This document shows positions 17,703 to 27,735 of a stretch of DNA of 64,000 nucleotides, piece after piece (position 1 is the stretch's first letter; every line of letters begins with the position of its first letter). The notes beneath the pieces were generated by a model. It was not told where the DNA came from, made no database searches, and saw nothing but the letters and a program-made list of their open reading frames with translations. A program made the position numbers and the translations under genes. Location: contig JAGAJR010000017.1 in assembly GCA_017626035.1 (NCBI GenBank), positions 4,900-68,899 on the forward strand, given 5' to 3'. This DNA comes from Alphaproteobacteria bacterium. Its GTDB lineage: Bacteria > Pseudomonadota > Alphaproteobacteria > RF32 > CAG-239.

Positions 17703-19133
17703 ATGAAAAAAACAAACAAAAAGCATATTCCTGTCCTGAAATCGAAAACAATTAAAAATAACAAATCCAAAAAACAGTCCAAGCAGCTCATTTTAGGTTT
17801 AGGGCCTAAGATGATTAACTCCATTATCATTGCCTTAAATGAAGATGATAAAATCCATGTTCGAAAAATTGTTGAGGGGTTGGATGAATATGACTTGGCG
17901 AAGTTGTTGGAAACCTTGGATTTTCATCAGCGGCAACAATTGGTGGAAATTCTCGGAGACCATATTAATCCGGATGTCTTTCCCGAATTAAACGAGATTG
18001 TTCAAGAGCAGATTATTGACAGTTTGGATGAAAACCAAATCGTTGATATTGTTAATGAATTGGATTCAGACGATGCGGTTGAAATTTTGGAACATATGGA
18101 TGATGATGAGCAAAAAAGCATTATCAGCCGTTTGGATCCGGAGTTAAAATATCAGGTTCAATCCTCTTTGAATTATCCGGAAGATTCCGCCGGACGTATT
18201 ATGTCCCGTGAATTTGTCAGCATGCCGGATGATTGGACGGTTAAAGAAGCCAAACAGTTTTTGTTGACGGATGAGAATCTTCCTGACGAATTTTATACGA
18301 TTTTTCTGACGGATGAGAAATATCGTCCGACCGGAGAGATTGCTTTGGACAAGCTTTTGCGAGCCAAGGCTTCGGAAAAGCTTAGCGGTATTATGGACGG
18401 CGAGATTGTTCCGATTGACGTATATACCGATCAGGAAGAAGTTGCCCATATGTTCCGCGAATACGGCTGGATGTCGGCGGAGGTGGTTGATAATCGCGGA
18501 CGGTTGGTCGGTGTGATTAATATTGACGATGTGGTTGATATTATTCATGAAGAAGCTTCGGAAGACATTATGCACTTGTCCGGTGCGGAAGAGGGCGATG
18601 TTTATAAGTCGGTTTTTGATATTTTCAAATCAAGAGCGATATGGCTGGTTACGAATTTGTGTGCGACGATTATGGCGGCATCCGTGGTCGGCGGTTTTCA
18701 GGACATTATCGCTCAGATTTCCATTTTAGCGGTATTAATGCCGATTGTCGCATCCATGGGAGGAACAACCGGAAACCAAACTTTGGCGGTGGTTGTGCGG
18801 GCTTTGGCGACTAAAGAGCTTACTTCTCGAAACACGTTGAGGATGATTGGCAAGGAGTTTATGGTCGGGCTGGTAAACGGTTTGTTGTTTGCGGTTCTTA
18901 TCGGGACGGTGGCATGGTTCTTATTCCCTGATAACCACAAAATAAGCTATATTATTGCGATTGCGATGCTGACAAACCTCACCTTGGCAAGCTTGGCGGG
19001 AATTCTCATTCCGCTGACGCTCAACAAGTTTAAGGTTGATCCGGCGATTTCTTCCGGCGTATTCCTCATTGCCATAACGGATTCCGGCGGTTTCTTTGTC
19101 TTTTTGGGTTTGGCAAAGCTGCTGCTGTTCTAA
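17703..19133 (+). CDS. mgtE: magnesium transporter MgtE
   Basis: MgtE N-domain acidic repeats, CBS pair, C-terminal 5-TM domain with GGTTGNQ-like motif. Confidence 0.9.
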   Translation: MKKTNKKHIPVLKSKTIKNNKSKKQSKQLILGLGPKMINSIIIALNEDDKIHVRKIVEGLDEYDLAKLLETLDFHQRQQLVEILGDHINPDVFPELNEIVQEQIIDSLDENQIVDIVNELDSDDAVEILEHMDDDEQKSIISRLDPELKYQVQSSLNYPEDSAGRIMSREFVSMPDDWTVKEAKQFLLTDENLPDEFYTIFLTDEKYRPTGEIALDKLLRAKASEKLSGIMDGEIVPIDVYTDQEEVAHMFREYGWMSAEVVDNRGRLVGVINIDDVVDIIHEEASEDIMHLSGAEEGDVYKSVFDIFKSRAIWLVTNLCATIMAASVVGGFQDIIAQISILAVLMPIVASMGGTTGNQTLAVVVRALATKELTSRNTLRMIGKEFMVGLVNGLLFAVLIGTVAWFLFPDNHKISYIIAIAMLTNLTLASLAGILIPLTLNKFKVDPAISSGVFLIAITDSGGFFVFLGLAKLLLF

Positions 19134-19229
19134 ATAAAATATCTGTATATATTTCATTTGTTGCTTTTTATATTTTAAAATCCGCCTATAATGCAAGGTG
19201 GTTAATTTTGTTATTTTAGGAGACAGGCG

Positions 19230-19700
19230 TTGCTGTTGGGCATTTATACGGCGTTAGCGGTGTTAATTGTGGATCAGGTTACCAAGTATTGGGTTCTTAA
19301 CGATGTTTTGGCTGAACGCGGTGTTGTGGTTTATTCGTCTTTTTTCAGTTTGGTTCGGGCGTGGAACACCGGAGTCAGTTTCTCAATGTTCAATAACTGG
19401 GGAACAGCCGGGGTAATTGCTTTATCTTTGGTTTCTTTGACAATTGTCGTTTTTTTGCTTTTGTGGCTTAAATCGGAAAAAGAACGGATTATTCAGGTTG
19501 CGTTAGGGTTTATCATCGGCGGAGCCTGCGGCAATGTTATTGACCGTGTCCGTCTGGGGGCGGTATTTGATTTTCTGGATTTCAGTGTCGGCGATTATCA
19601 TTGGCCGGCGTTTAATGCGGCCGACAGCTTTATATGTATCGGTGCCGGGCTTATCATTTTTCACAGTTTGTTCATCAGGCAGGCTGAAGTTAAACAGTAA
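19230..19700 (+). CDS. lspA: lipoprotein signal peptidase II
   Basis: NTGVSFSMF and FNAADSFICIGAGLIIF motifs; AGGAG RBS before the TTG start. Confidence 0.85.
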   Translation: MLLGIYTALAVLIVDQVTKYWVLNDVLAERGVVVYSSFFSLVRAWNTGVSFSMFNNWGTAGVIALSLVSLTIVVFLLLWLKSEKERIIQVALGFIIGGACGNVIDRVRLGAVFDFLDFSVGDYHWPAFNAADSFICIGAGLIIFHSLFIRQAEVKQ

Positions 19701-19713
19701 AAAGGAAAAGAAA

Positions 19714-20043
19714 ATGAAGAAATTTTGGTTTTTGACTTTTTGTGCGGTATGCGTTTTAAGTGCCTGCACCCAGTCTACTAAACAGAAACTCGGTTTGGCC
19801 AAACAGGCTCCCAATGAATTTATGGTAGTTTCCAAACCGCCGTTGTCTTTGCCTCCGGAGTATGATTTGCGGCCGGTTGAAGAAATGAAGAATACTCCTG
19901 TTGACATGAGTGTCAGAACCGACGGTATGAGTGCGGGAGAGAAAGAATTGATGGCCAATATTCAGGCTGAAAACAGCGAAGAAGACATTAAGAGCAAAAT
20001 AGATGCGGAGCTTAAGGAATTAAAGCAAGCTCATGAAGATTAG
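19714..20043 (+). CDS. putative lipoprotein (109 aa)
   Basis: MKKFWFLTFCAVCVLSAC lipobox; ATG at 19714 after AAAGGAAAAG; the ORF-track N-terminal extension overlaps lspA and was rejected. Confidence 0.6.
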   Translation: MKKFWFLTFCAVCVLSACTQSTKQKLGLAKQAPNEFMVVSKPPLSLPPEYDLRPVEEMKNTPVDMSVRTDGMSAGEKELMANIQAENSEEDIKSKIDAELKELKQAHED

Positions 20044-21367
20044 GTTTTGGGCATATTTCTTAGGGCTGGTGTTTTGTGTCGGTTCTGCCGAGGCAAAACT
20101 TTTTGGTGCCGAAGATTTTTATCTTGATAACGGAATGCAGGTTATTGTCGTTTCCAACCATAAAGCTCCGATTATCCGGCAGATGGTTTGGTATAAGGCA
20201 GGGAGCACTGATGAGCCTTTGGGCAAAGGCGGGGTGGCTCACTTGTTGGAACATTTAATGTTCAGGGGAACAAAAAAGGTTAAAGATTCCGAGTTTAACC
20301 GGATTGTTACGGAAAACGGTGCAGAAAGCAACGCTTTTACTTCTTTGGATTATACCGCTTATTATGAAGTTATGGATATCAGCAAGCTGGAACTGGCTAT
20401 GCTGTTGGAAGCCGACAGAATGCGGAATTTGGACATTAGCCGGGAAAGTTTTGAAAAAGAACGGGATATTGTTTTTCAGGAAAGAAAACAGGTTGTGGAA
20501 AATAATCCGGCATCTTATTTTTCAGAGACTTTTCGCCGTTATTTGTGGCAGGAACATCCTTATTCCCGTCCGGTTACCGGAATGCCTGAGGAAATTCAGA
20601 ATCTGACTTTGGACGATGTTTATGATTTTTATCGTCGTTATTATGCTCCGAACAATGCCATTTTGGTTTTGTCGGGAGATATTGACGTTGAGACGGCCAA
20701 AGAGTTGTCCGTTAAATATTTCGGAGGTTTGAAGCCGACAAAAAATATTACAAAAACTTCTTTTCCGGTTTTGGATAAATTTTCTAAAACATATTTTGAA
20801 ATGAAACTACCCCGGATTAACGCGGTGCGGATGACTCAGAGTTGTTTGGCTCCGTCGTATAATACCGATAAGAGCCGTATTTATGCTCTGGCGGTTTTTT
20901 CCAGATATTTGGGAGAAGGCGAAACATCGAAACTGTATAAGAAACTGGTCGTGGAGCGGAAATCGGCGTTGAGCGTGTCGGCGTCTTATGATTTTGCATC
21001 TCGGAGTTATGGCAGTTTTACCGTTTCGGCACTTCCGAAAGAAAATATTGATGCCGATGAATTTCAGAAAGAGTTGAAACAGGCAATTGCCGAAGCCGTT
21101 GCTGAAATTACGTTGGATGAGATTGAAAATACCAAACAAAAAATGTTGGCCGGACAAGTTTATTTGTTAGACAATCCTAATGATGCGGCTTATATTGCCG
21201 GTTCGCTGGCCGGTATCGGAATGAGTTTGGAGGATATTGAAAATCAGGCGGACTATATTCGCAGCGTGAATTATAAAGATGTGATTGCGGCGGCAAAGGA
21301 TTTGTTTGAAAATTCATCTTGTGTTTTGGGTGTGTTAAAGCCTGCCGAAGGAGGTGAAAATGTCTAG
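20033..21367 (+). CDS. M16 family zinc peptidase, active subunit (HxxEH present), secreted
   Basis: GVAHLLEHLMFRGT inverted zinc-binding motif; N-terminal signal peptide. Confidence 0.85.
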   Translation: MKIRFWAYFLGLVFCVGSAEAKLFGAEDFYLDNGMQVIVVSNHKAPIIRQMVWYKAGSTDEPLGKGGVAHLLEHLMFRGTKKVKDSEFNRIVTENGAESNAFTSLDYTAYYEVMDISKLELAMLLEADRMRNLDISRESFEKERDIVFQERKQVVENNPASYFSETFRRYLWQEHPYSRPVTGMPEEIQNLTLDDVYDFYRRYYAPNNAILVLSGDIDVETAKELSVKYFGGLKPTKNITKTSFPVLDKFSKTYFEMKLPRINAVRMTQSCLAPSYNTDKSRIYALAVFSRYLGEGETSKLYKKLVVERKSALSVSASYDFASRSYGSFTVSALPKENIDADEFQKELKQAIAEAVAEITLDEIENTKQKMLAGQVYLLDNPNDAAYIAGSLAGIGMSLEDIENQADYIRSVNYKDVIAAAKDLFENSSCVLGVLKPAEGGENV

Positions 21368-22772
21368 AAGAGGTTATCGCCGTTCATCTTCGGGAATATT
21401 CGGCAAAATATTTTGGGTCGTTGTTTTGTTAAGTTTGGGCCTGTATTGGGGATATACGAGGTATTTTGTTTTTGATCCGCAGCGGATTTTAGATGAATCG
21501 GTTTTGAAAGAAAAAAGCTTCGAAACAAATGTTGTGGAGATTGTTTCTCCTAAAAAAGGCATTAAAGCTTATTTGTTTGAAGACAATACCAATCCGATTG
21601 TCAGTATCAGTTTTATGTTTAAGGATGCCGGTTTGGCTTCGGATCCGGACGGAGAGGTCGGTATTGCAAATATGGCGGCGGCTTTGCTTTCTGACGGAGC
21701 CGGGGATTTGAATGCCCAGCAGTTTAAAGAAGAGTTGGAAAAACGGGCTGTCGGATTGAGTTTCAGTGCCGGAATGGATGATTTCGGCGGCAGCCTTTTA
21801 ACAACATCGGATAATCAAAAAGAGGCTTATGCCCTGTTAAAGTCGGCTTTGACGGCTCCTCGTTTTGATGCAGAAGATGTTGCCAGAGTGAAAAAACAAT
21901 TGTTGATTGCTCTGAAACAACAGAAAGAACACCCTGCCGGCGTTTTGGCTTTGGATTTTGCTAAAGAGATTTATGCGGGGCATCCGTATTCAAGAAATCC
22001 GGTCGGCATTCGCAATGATATTGTGAATATTACACCGGAAAAATTAAAAACTTTTGTAAAAAATCATCTGACCAGAAATAATTTGATTGTCGGAATTGCG
22101 GGAGCTGTTTCCGAAGAACGGGCAGGAGTTATTGTTGACGAGATTTTCGGGGAGTTGCCGGCAAACGGACGGATAACTTTTGTTCGAGAGGCCAAAATCG
22201 ATTTTGACGGCAGAGAAAAAAACATACCGGGAAAATTTCCGCAGGCGGTTTCAAGCTTTGTTAATCCGGGATTGCCGAGAAATGACAAGGATTTTTATCC
22301 GCTGTATATTGCCAATCATATTTTTGGCGGTTCGGGGCTTAGTTCAAGACTGTCTTTGTCGGCCAGAGAAGACGAGGGGCTGACTTATAACATTTATACC
22401 TATTTAAGCCTGATGACCAGGGCTTCGCTGCTTAAAGGCGGTTTTTCTTCAACGCCGGAAAATTTTGCCCGCGTGCAGGAAATTATCCGTTCGGAATGGA
22501 ATAAAATGGGGCAAAACGGGGTAACCCGGAAAGAATTGGATGAGGCTAAAAATTATTTGATTTCTTCTTATAATCTGCGTTTTGCTTCTATTGCGGATAT
22601 TGCGGATATATTGGTTTATATGCAAAAAGATAATTTGGGGTTGGATTTTCTGAAAAAGAGAAACGAATATGTCAAAGCTGTTCGTCTTGAGGATGTCAAC
22701 CGCGTGTCGAAAAAGTTTTTTAATGAAAAAAATCTGATTTTTGTAAATATTGGAAATTTAGGTGAAAACTAA
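21360..22772 (+). CDS. M16 family peptidase, probable non-catalytic partner subunit
   Basis: M16 fold without HxxEH; GGAGGTG RBS; overlaps the upstream M16 gene. Confidence 0.8.
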   Translation: MSRRGYRRSSSGIFGKIFWVVVLLSLGLYWGYTRYFVFDPQRILDESVLKEKSFETNVVEIVSPKKGIKAYLFEDNTNPIVSISFMFKDAGLASDPDGEVGIANMAAALLSDGAGDLNAQQFKEELEKRAVGLSFSAGMDDFGGSLLTTSDNQKEAYALLKSALTAPRFDAEDVARVKKQLLIALKQQKEHPAGVLALDFAKEIYAGHPYSRNPVGIRNDIVNITPEKLKTFVKNHLTRNNLIVGIAGAVSEERAGVIVDEIFGELPANGRITFVREAKIDFDGREKNIPGKFPQAVSSFVNPGLPRNDKDFYPLYIANHIFGGSGLSSRLSLSAREDEGLTYNIYTYLSLMTRASLLKGGFSSTPENFARVQEIIRSEWNKMGQNGVTRKELDEAKNYLISSYNLRFASIADIADILVYMQKDNLGLDFLKKRNEYVKAVRLEDVNRVSKKFFNEKNLIFVNIGNLGEN

Positions 22773-22787
22773 GGAGTTGGTGTATAG

Positions 22788-24431
22788 ATGACAAAGATGG
22801 TTAATAAAACAAAAGCATGGAAAAAGCTGGAAGGGCATTATAAACACGTTAAAGATGTCGAAATGAAGGATTTGTTCGCCGCAGACAAGGAGCGTGCCGA
22901 TAAGTTCAGTATTAATCTGGAGCATATGTTGTTAGATTATTCTAAAAACAGGGTAACCGAAAGAACAATGAAGTTTTTGTTCAATTTGGCTCGCGAATGT
23001 CAGGTCGAAGAAAAAATTAAAGCGATGTTTCGGGGCGACAGGATTAATTTTACGGAAAAACGTCCGGTTTTACATATTGCTTTGCGTAATAGAGACAACA
23101 CGCCGATTTATGTGGACGGCAAAGATGTTATGCCGAAGATTAATGAAGTTTTGGCCAAAATGCGTAAATTCTCCGATGCTGTTCGTTTTGGCGAGTTTAA
23201 AGGGCATACCGGCAAAAAACTGACAAATATCGTTAATATCGGTATCGGCGGGTCTGATTTGGGGCCGGTTATGGCTTGTGAGGCTTTGCGTAAGTATTGG
23301 GCCAAGGACATTAATTGTTATTTTATTTCCAATATTGACGGAACGGCTTGTGCCGAAGTGTTGAACAAAATTGATCCGGAGACGACGTTATTTATTGTTG
23401 CTTCCAAGACTTTCACAACGATTGAAACGTTAACCAATGCCAAAACCTGCCGTAAGTGGCTGGTGGATGCTTTGGGCGAGCATGCGGTGGCAAAGCATTT
23501 TGTTGCCTTGTCTACCAATCAAAAGGAAGTTGAGAAGTTCGGCATTAATCCTGAAAATATGTTTGAGTTTTGGGATTTTGTCGGCGGGCGTTATTCCATG
23601 TGGTCAGCAATCGGCCTTATTATCGCCATTGCCGCCGGTATGGATAATTTTGAAAAAATGTTGGATGGTGCTTTTGCCATGGACAGGCATTTTGCCGAAG
23701 CCGATTTGGAACACAATATTCCGGTTATTTTGGCTTTGTTGGGAATTTGGTATAACAATTTCTTTAATGCAAAACGTTACGCCGTTGTTCCTTATGACCA
23801 ATATCTTCAGTATCTTCCGGCTTATTTGCAGCAGTTGGATATGGAAAGCAACGGTAAATTTGTGAATACAAACGGAGAAGTTGTTACTTATTCAACCGGG
23901 CCGGTTTTGTTCGGAGGAGCGGGAACCAATGTTCAACATTCTTTCTTCCAGTTGATTCACCAAGGGACGGATATGGTGCCGATAGATTTTATTATTCCGG
24001 CCATTTCGCATAATGAAATCGGGGAACATCATGAGATTTTGGTGGCAAATGTTTTGGCTCAAAGCGAAGCCCTGATGAAGGGAAAAACAGTGGCAGAAGC
24101 TGCGGAAGAATTAGCTGAAGCCGGTAAGAGCAAGGATGAAATCAAAGCGTTGAAACTTTATAAGAGTTTTTCGGGAAACCGCCCGTCCAATACTATGGTT
24201 TTCAAGAAAATCGACCCGTATACACTGGGTATGCTGGTAGCAATGTATGAGCATAAAGTTTATGTTCAGGGCGTTATCTGGAATATTAATTCTTTTGACC
24301 AAATGGGTGTGGAACTCGGTAAACAAATGGCCAAGAGCATTCTTCCGGAACTTCAGGGAAATGCCGGCGGTGTTCATCATGATGCGTCTACCAGTCAGTT
24401 GATTGCAACTATTAAGCGTTTGAGAAAATAA
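22788..24431 (+). CDS. pgi: glucose-6-phosphate isomerase
   Basis: NIGIGGSDLGPVMA and GGRYSMWSAIG signatures. Confidence 0.9.
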   Translation: MTKMVNKTKAWKKLEGHYKHVKDVEMKDLFAADKERADKFSINLEHMLLDYSKNRVTERTMKFLFNLARECQVEEKIKAMFRGDRINFTEKRPVLHIALRNRDNTPIYVDGKDVMPKINEVLAKMRKFSDAVRFGEFKGHTGKKLTNIVNIGIGGSDLGPVMACEALRKYWAKDINCYFISNIDGTACAEVLNKIDPETTLFIVASKTFTTIETLTNAKTCRKWLVDALGEHAVAKHFVALSTNQKEVEKFGINPENMFEFWDFVGGRYSMWSAIGLIIAIAAGMDNFEKMLDGAFAMDRHFAEADLEHNIPVILALLGIWYNNFFNAKRYAVVPYDQYLQYLPAYLQQLDMESNGKFVNTNGEVVTYSTGPVLFGGAGTNVQHSFFQLIHQGTDMVPIDFIIPAISHNEIGEHHEILVANVLAQSEALMKGKTVAEAAEELAEAGKSKDEIKALKLYKSFSGNRPSNTMVFKKIDPYTLGMLVAMYEHKVYVQGVIWNINSFDQMGVELGKQMAKSILPELQGNAGGVHHDASTSQLIATIKRLRK

Positions 24432-26278
24432 TGACCATCAGAATTTTGCCTTCCAATTTAGTCAATCAGATTGCCGCGGGAGAAGTCGTGGAACGTCCGG
24501 CTTCGGTTATCAAGGAATTGGTGGAAAACTCCATTGATGCCGGTGCGACTTGTATCGAGGTTACTCTGATTGACGGAGGCAAGAGTTTGATACTTATTTC
24601 CGATAACGGCAAAGGCATGAGCAAAGAGGAGCTTAATCTGGCGGTGGAACGCCATGCAACCTCAAAGCTCCCCGATGATAATTTATTTAATATCAACTTC
24701 TTAGGCTTTAGAGGTGAAGCTTTACCTTCAATTTCTTCCGTCGCCAGAATGACAATTACCACTCGGCGGGAAGGAGACGAAAACGGCTGGAAAATAGAGG
24801 TTAACGGCGGAGTTAAATCCGATGTCGTTCCGGCAGCTCAGACTAAGGGAACACGGATTGAAGTCCGAGATTTGTTTTATGCCACGCCGGCACGATTAAA
24901 GTTTTTGAAAACAACAGCTTCTGAAACCGGGCAGTGTGTGGATATTATTAACCGAATTGCATTGGCAAATCCGACGATTTCATTTTATCTGACGGAAGAC
25001 GGAAAGAAAAAAGTTTCTTTGAATGCGTGTCAGGGAGAATTGTTTGATGCCCGGTTGAAACGTTTGGCCGATGTGATGGGGCGGGAATTTGGCGAGAATT
25101 CCCTGTTGATTGATGCGGCGAGAGAAAATGTGCATATCAGCGGTTTTGTCAGCCTGCCGACTTTGAATAAGGCAAATTCTCTTTCTCAATATTTGTTTGT
25201 TAACAATCGTCCGGTTCGGGACAAGCTTTTGTTGGGAGCAATAAAAGGGGCTTATCAGGATGTTTTGGCTCATAACCGTTATCCGATGTGTGCCTTGTTT
25301 TTTGATGTGGATCCGGCTTATGTGGATGTTAATGTTCATCCGGCAAAGGCCGAAGTCCGTTTTTATGACAATGCTTTGGTACGGGGATTATTAGTCGGTT
25401 CCATTCGTCAGGCGTTAAGTATGGGAGACCGGCAGACAGCCAATAATCTTGATTTGGCAGAGTTTGTGCATGACAATATTCCGGCTTTTGATTCTCCTAA
25501 GGCTTGGGAACAATTGCCTGAAACCGCCGTGCTTAGCGAACACGGGCAAACCGAGCCGTTTCGACATTCTTTTCAGTCTTTTGCTCCGCGGCCGGTTGTG
25601 CGTCCTCAGGCAGATTTTCCGGAACTGGAACGGAAGATTTTTTCGGTTAAGGTGGATGAGCCGGCGGCTGGAACTGTTTCTGATGTTTCGGACATAGGCC
25701 CGTTAGGAATGCCGAAAGCCCAGTTTCACAATACTTATATTATTTCTCAGACGGAAGACAGTATTGTCATTATTGACCAACATGCCGCCCATGAGCGGAT
25801 TGTGATGGAAAAACTGAAAAATAATCTGGCCGGAGAGGCAAAAGTTGCAACACAAATTTTGTTAATTCCGGAGATTGTGGATTTGAGTATCAGCGATAAA
25901 ACCAGAATTTTGGAAAATGCCGAAGAACTGCAAAAACTGGGATTGTTTGTGGAAGAATTCGGGGCAACGGCAGTTATTGTCAGGGAAGTTCCGGCTTTAA
26001 TCGCAGATTGTAATGTGAAAGCCCTGATTCAGGATATTGCCGATGAAATGGCAGAGTGGGGCAAAGGTTTTACTTTGACGGACAAACTTCATTCGGTTTG
26101 TGCAACAATTGCCTGTCATGGTTCAGTCCGGGCGGGAAGAAAACTCAATATTGAGGAAATGAACCGTCTGCTTCGGGATATGGAACATACCGAACATTCC
26201 GGACAATGCAACCATGGGCGTCCGACTTATGTGGAATTGAAGCTGAAAGATATTGAAAAGCTGTTTGAACGCCGATAA
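24431..26278 (+). CDS. mutL: DNA mismatch repair protein MutL
   Basis: NQIAAGEVVERPASVIKELVENSIDAGAT GHKL ATPase motif; C-terminal dimerization domain; TAATG overlap with pgi. Confidence 0.9.
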   Translation: MTIRILPSNLVNQIAAGEVVERPASVIKELVENSIDAGATCIEVTLIDGGKSLILISDNGKGMSKEELNLAVERHATSKLPDDNLFNINFLGFRGEALPSISSVARMTITTRREGDENGWKIEVNGGVKSDVVPAAQTKGTRIEVRDLFYATPARLKFLKTTASETGQCVDIINRIALANPTISFYLTEDGKKKVSLNACQGELFDARLKRLADVMGREFGENSLLIDAARENVHISGFVSLPTLNKANSLSQYLFVNNRPVRDKLLLGAIKGAYQDVLAHNRYPMCALFFDVDPAYVDVNVHPAKAEVRFYDNALVRGLLVGSIRQALSMGDRQTANNLDLAEFVHDNIPAFDSPKAWEQLPETAVLSEHGQTEPFRHSFQSFAPRPVVRPQADFPELERKIFSVKVDEPAAGTVSDVSDIGPLGMPKAQFHNTYIISQTEDSIVIIDQHAAHERIVMEKLKNNLAGEAKVATQILLIPEIVDLSISDKTRILENAEELQKLGLFVEEFGATAVIVREVPALIADCNVKALIQDIADEMAEWGKGFTLTDKLHSVCATIACHGSVRAGRKLNIEEMNRLLRDMEHTEHSGQCNHGRPTYVELKLKDIEKLFERR

Positions 26279-26291
26279 AGGTTTGTTTTTG

Positions 26292-26885
26292 ATGTTTGAA
26301 AACCGCTTAAAAAAAGAAGAATATTTGAGAGATCCTTTTGATATTGCCCGGGAGGTTTTGCTGGGGGCTTATTTGTGCAGCAATATCGGAGGCAGGTTTA
26401 CGGCGGGAAAAATAACCGAACTTGAGGTATATATCGGAGCGGAAGACAAGGCTTGTCATGCGTATCTTAATAAGCAAACGCCGAGAAATGCAGTTATGTT
26501 TGAACAAGGCGGTGTGGCTTATGTGTTTTTTGTGTATGGAATGTATAACCAGTTTAATGTTGTTACCAATGAGAAGGGAACGGCCAATGCTTTGTTGATA
26601 AGGTCGTTGGAACCGGTTGACGGAATAGAGGTTATGCAGGAACGGCGGAAATGTGCAAAGTTGGAAAATCTGACGACCGGACCGGGAAAACTTTGTCAGG
26701 CTTTAGGAATAACCAGAGAACAAAACGGAATTGATTTGAACGGGGATGTTTTATGGATTTCTCCTAAAACAGAAATTTGTGAAGTTGTGGCAGCTCCCCG
26801 GGTAGGAATTGATTATGCCGAGGAATATAAAGATAAACCGTGGCGTTTTTATGCTAAAGACAGCCGTTTCATCAGTAAAAAATGA
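26292..26885 (+). CDS. mpg: DNA-3-methylpurine glycosylase (Mpg/AAG family)
   Basis: ITELEVYIGAEDKACHAY...TPRNAVMFEQGGVAYVFFVYGMYNQFNVV characteristic of the AAG family. Confidence 0.8.
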   Translation: MFENRLKKEEYLRDPFDIAREVLLGAYLCSNIGGRFTAGKITELEVYIGAEDKACHAYLNKQTPRNAVMFEQGGVAYVFFVYGMYNQFNVVTNEKGTANALLIRSLEPVDGIEVMQERRKCAKLENLTTGPGKLCQALGITREQNGIDLNGDVLWISPKTEICEVVAAPRVGIDYAEEYKDKPWRFYAKDSRFISKK

Positions 26886-26968
26886 AGAAGTGATGATTTT
26901 TTGAAAAAAAGTTCTTGACCTTTTGCGGGGTTTTGAGTAAAAGCTTTTTGTAACCATAATGAACATAT

Positions 26969-27067
26969 GGAGAGGTGGCAGAGTGGTTTAATGCAGCGGT
27001 CTTGGAATCGCAGATGGCTGAAAGCCCAAACCGTCGAGTATAAACGAAGTTTATGACGGTTTTCTCC
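26969..27067 (+). pseudogene. degenerate tRNA-Ser-like sequence (5' 36 nt identical to tRNA-Ser-TGA, rest divergent, no T-arm)
   Basis: tatGGAGAGGTGGCAGAGTGGTTTAATGCAGCGGTCTTG shared with 27090-27128; downstream part lacks the GTTCGAATC T-loop. Confidence 0.5.
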
Positions 27068-27092
27068 AAAATTATTGTTCATAGCACCTTAT

Positions 27093-27182
27093 GGAGAGGT
27101 GGCAGAGTGGTTTAATGCAGCGGTCTTGAAAACCGTCGAGGGTGCGAGCCCTCCCAGAGTTCGAATCTCTGCCTCTCCGCCA
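27093..27182 (+). tRNA. tRNA-Ser (anticodon TGA)
   Basis: Type II tRNA, anticodon loop CTTGAAA, long variable arm, encoded CCA. Confidence 0.9.
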
Positions 27183-27362
27183 TTAAAAGCCGTTTCAATT
27201 TGAAACGGCTTTTTTGTATTTAAGGGAATGTTTATGGCGGAGCGACTTACACGTCGCAAGGCTTGTGTTCGTCGGGCAGAGCTCGTCCTCTTGGGTATCT
27301 AGCTTCGTTGCGAAACAATAAGTTTCTAACTCAGCAAGATATTCCAAGAACTTGCAGATAAA
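27172..27362 (+). repeat. tandem repeat unit 1 (tRNA-Ser 3' 11 nt + terminator + 150-nt segment with 22-codon mini-ORF)
   Basis: 191 nt repeated at 27396-27586 with a single mismatch; period 224 bp. Confidence 0.85.
27185..27216 (+). terminator. rho-independent terminator after tRNA-Ser
   Basis: AGCCGTTTCAA-t-TTGAAACGGCT hairpin followed by T6. Confidence 0.85.
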
Positions 27363-27386
27363 AAACTAACGTAGGTTAGTTTTTTA
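27361..27386 (+). terminator. hairpin plus T-run between the tandem units
   Basis: AACTAAC-gtag-GTTAGTT hairpin followed by T5. Confidence 0.55.
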
Positions 27387-27395
27387 CTTAGCGTT

Positions 27396-27586
27396 CCTCT
27401 CCGCCATTAAAAGCCGTTTCAATTTGAAACGGCTTTTTTGTATTTAAGGGAATGTTTATGGCGGAGCGACTTACACGTCGCAGGGCTTGTGTTCGTCGGG
27501 CAGAGCTCGTCCTCTTGGGTATCTAGCTTCGTTGCGAAACAATAAGTTTCTAACTCAGCAAGATATTCCAAGAACTTGCAGATAAA
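27396..27586 (+). repeat. tandem repeat unit 2
   Basis: See unit 1; begins with CCTCTCCGCCA, a copy of the tRNA-Ser 3' end. Confidence 0.85.
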
Positions 27587-27735
27587 TAGGGTGGCTATCT
27601 CGGTAAGTTTGTATTTTCATATTGATACTACAATGTTTTTATATGTGAATGACAAAGAGGTATGAGGGGATATTCTTTTTGCTTGAATTCTCTCTCGGCT
27701 GTTATATTCTTGTTTGCGGACGGAAGGAGCGGAAT

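Noticed and set aside
19534-19713. N-terminal extension of the lipoprotein ORF that would overlap lspA in another frame
   Set aside because: The extension has no signal-peptide logic. The ATG at 19714, preceded by AAAGGAAAAG, gives a clean lipobox lipoprotein. The same logic was applied to the extensions at 58523 (overlapping rpsD and its terminator), 12335, 26253, 27649, 31906, 3665 and 50932.
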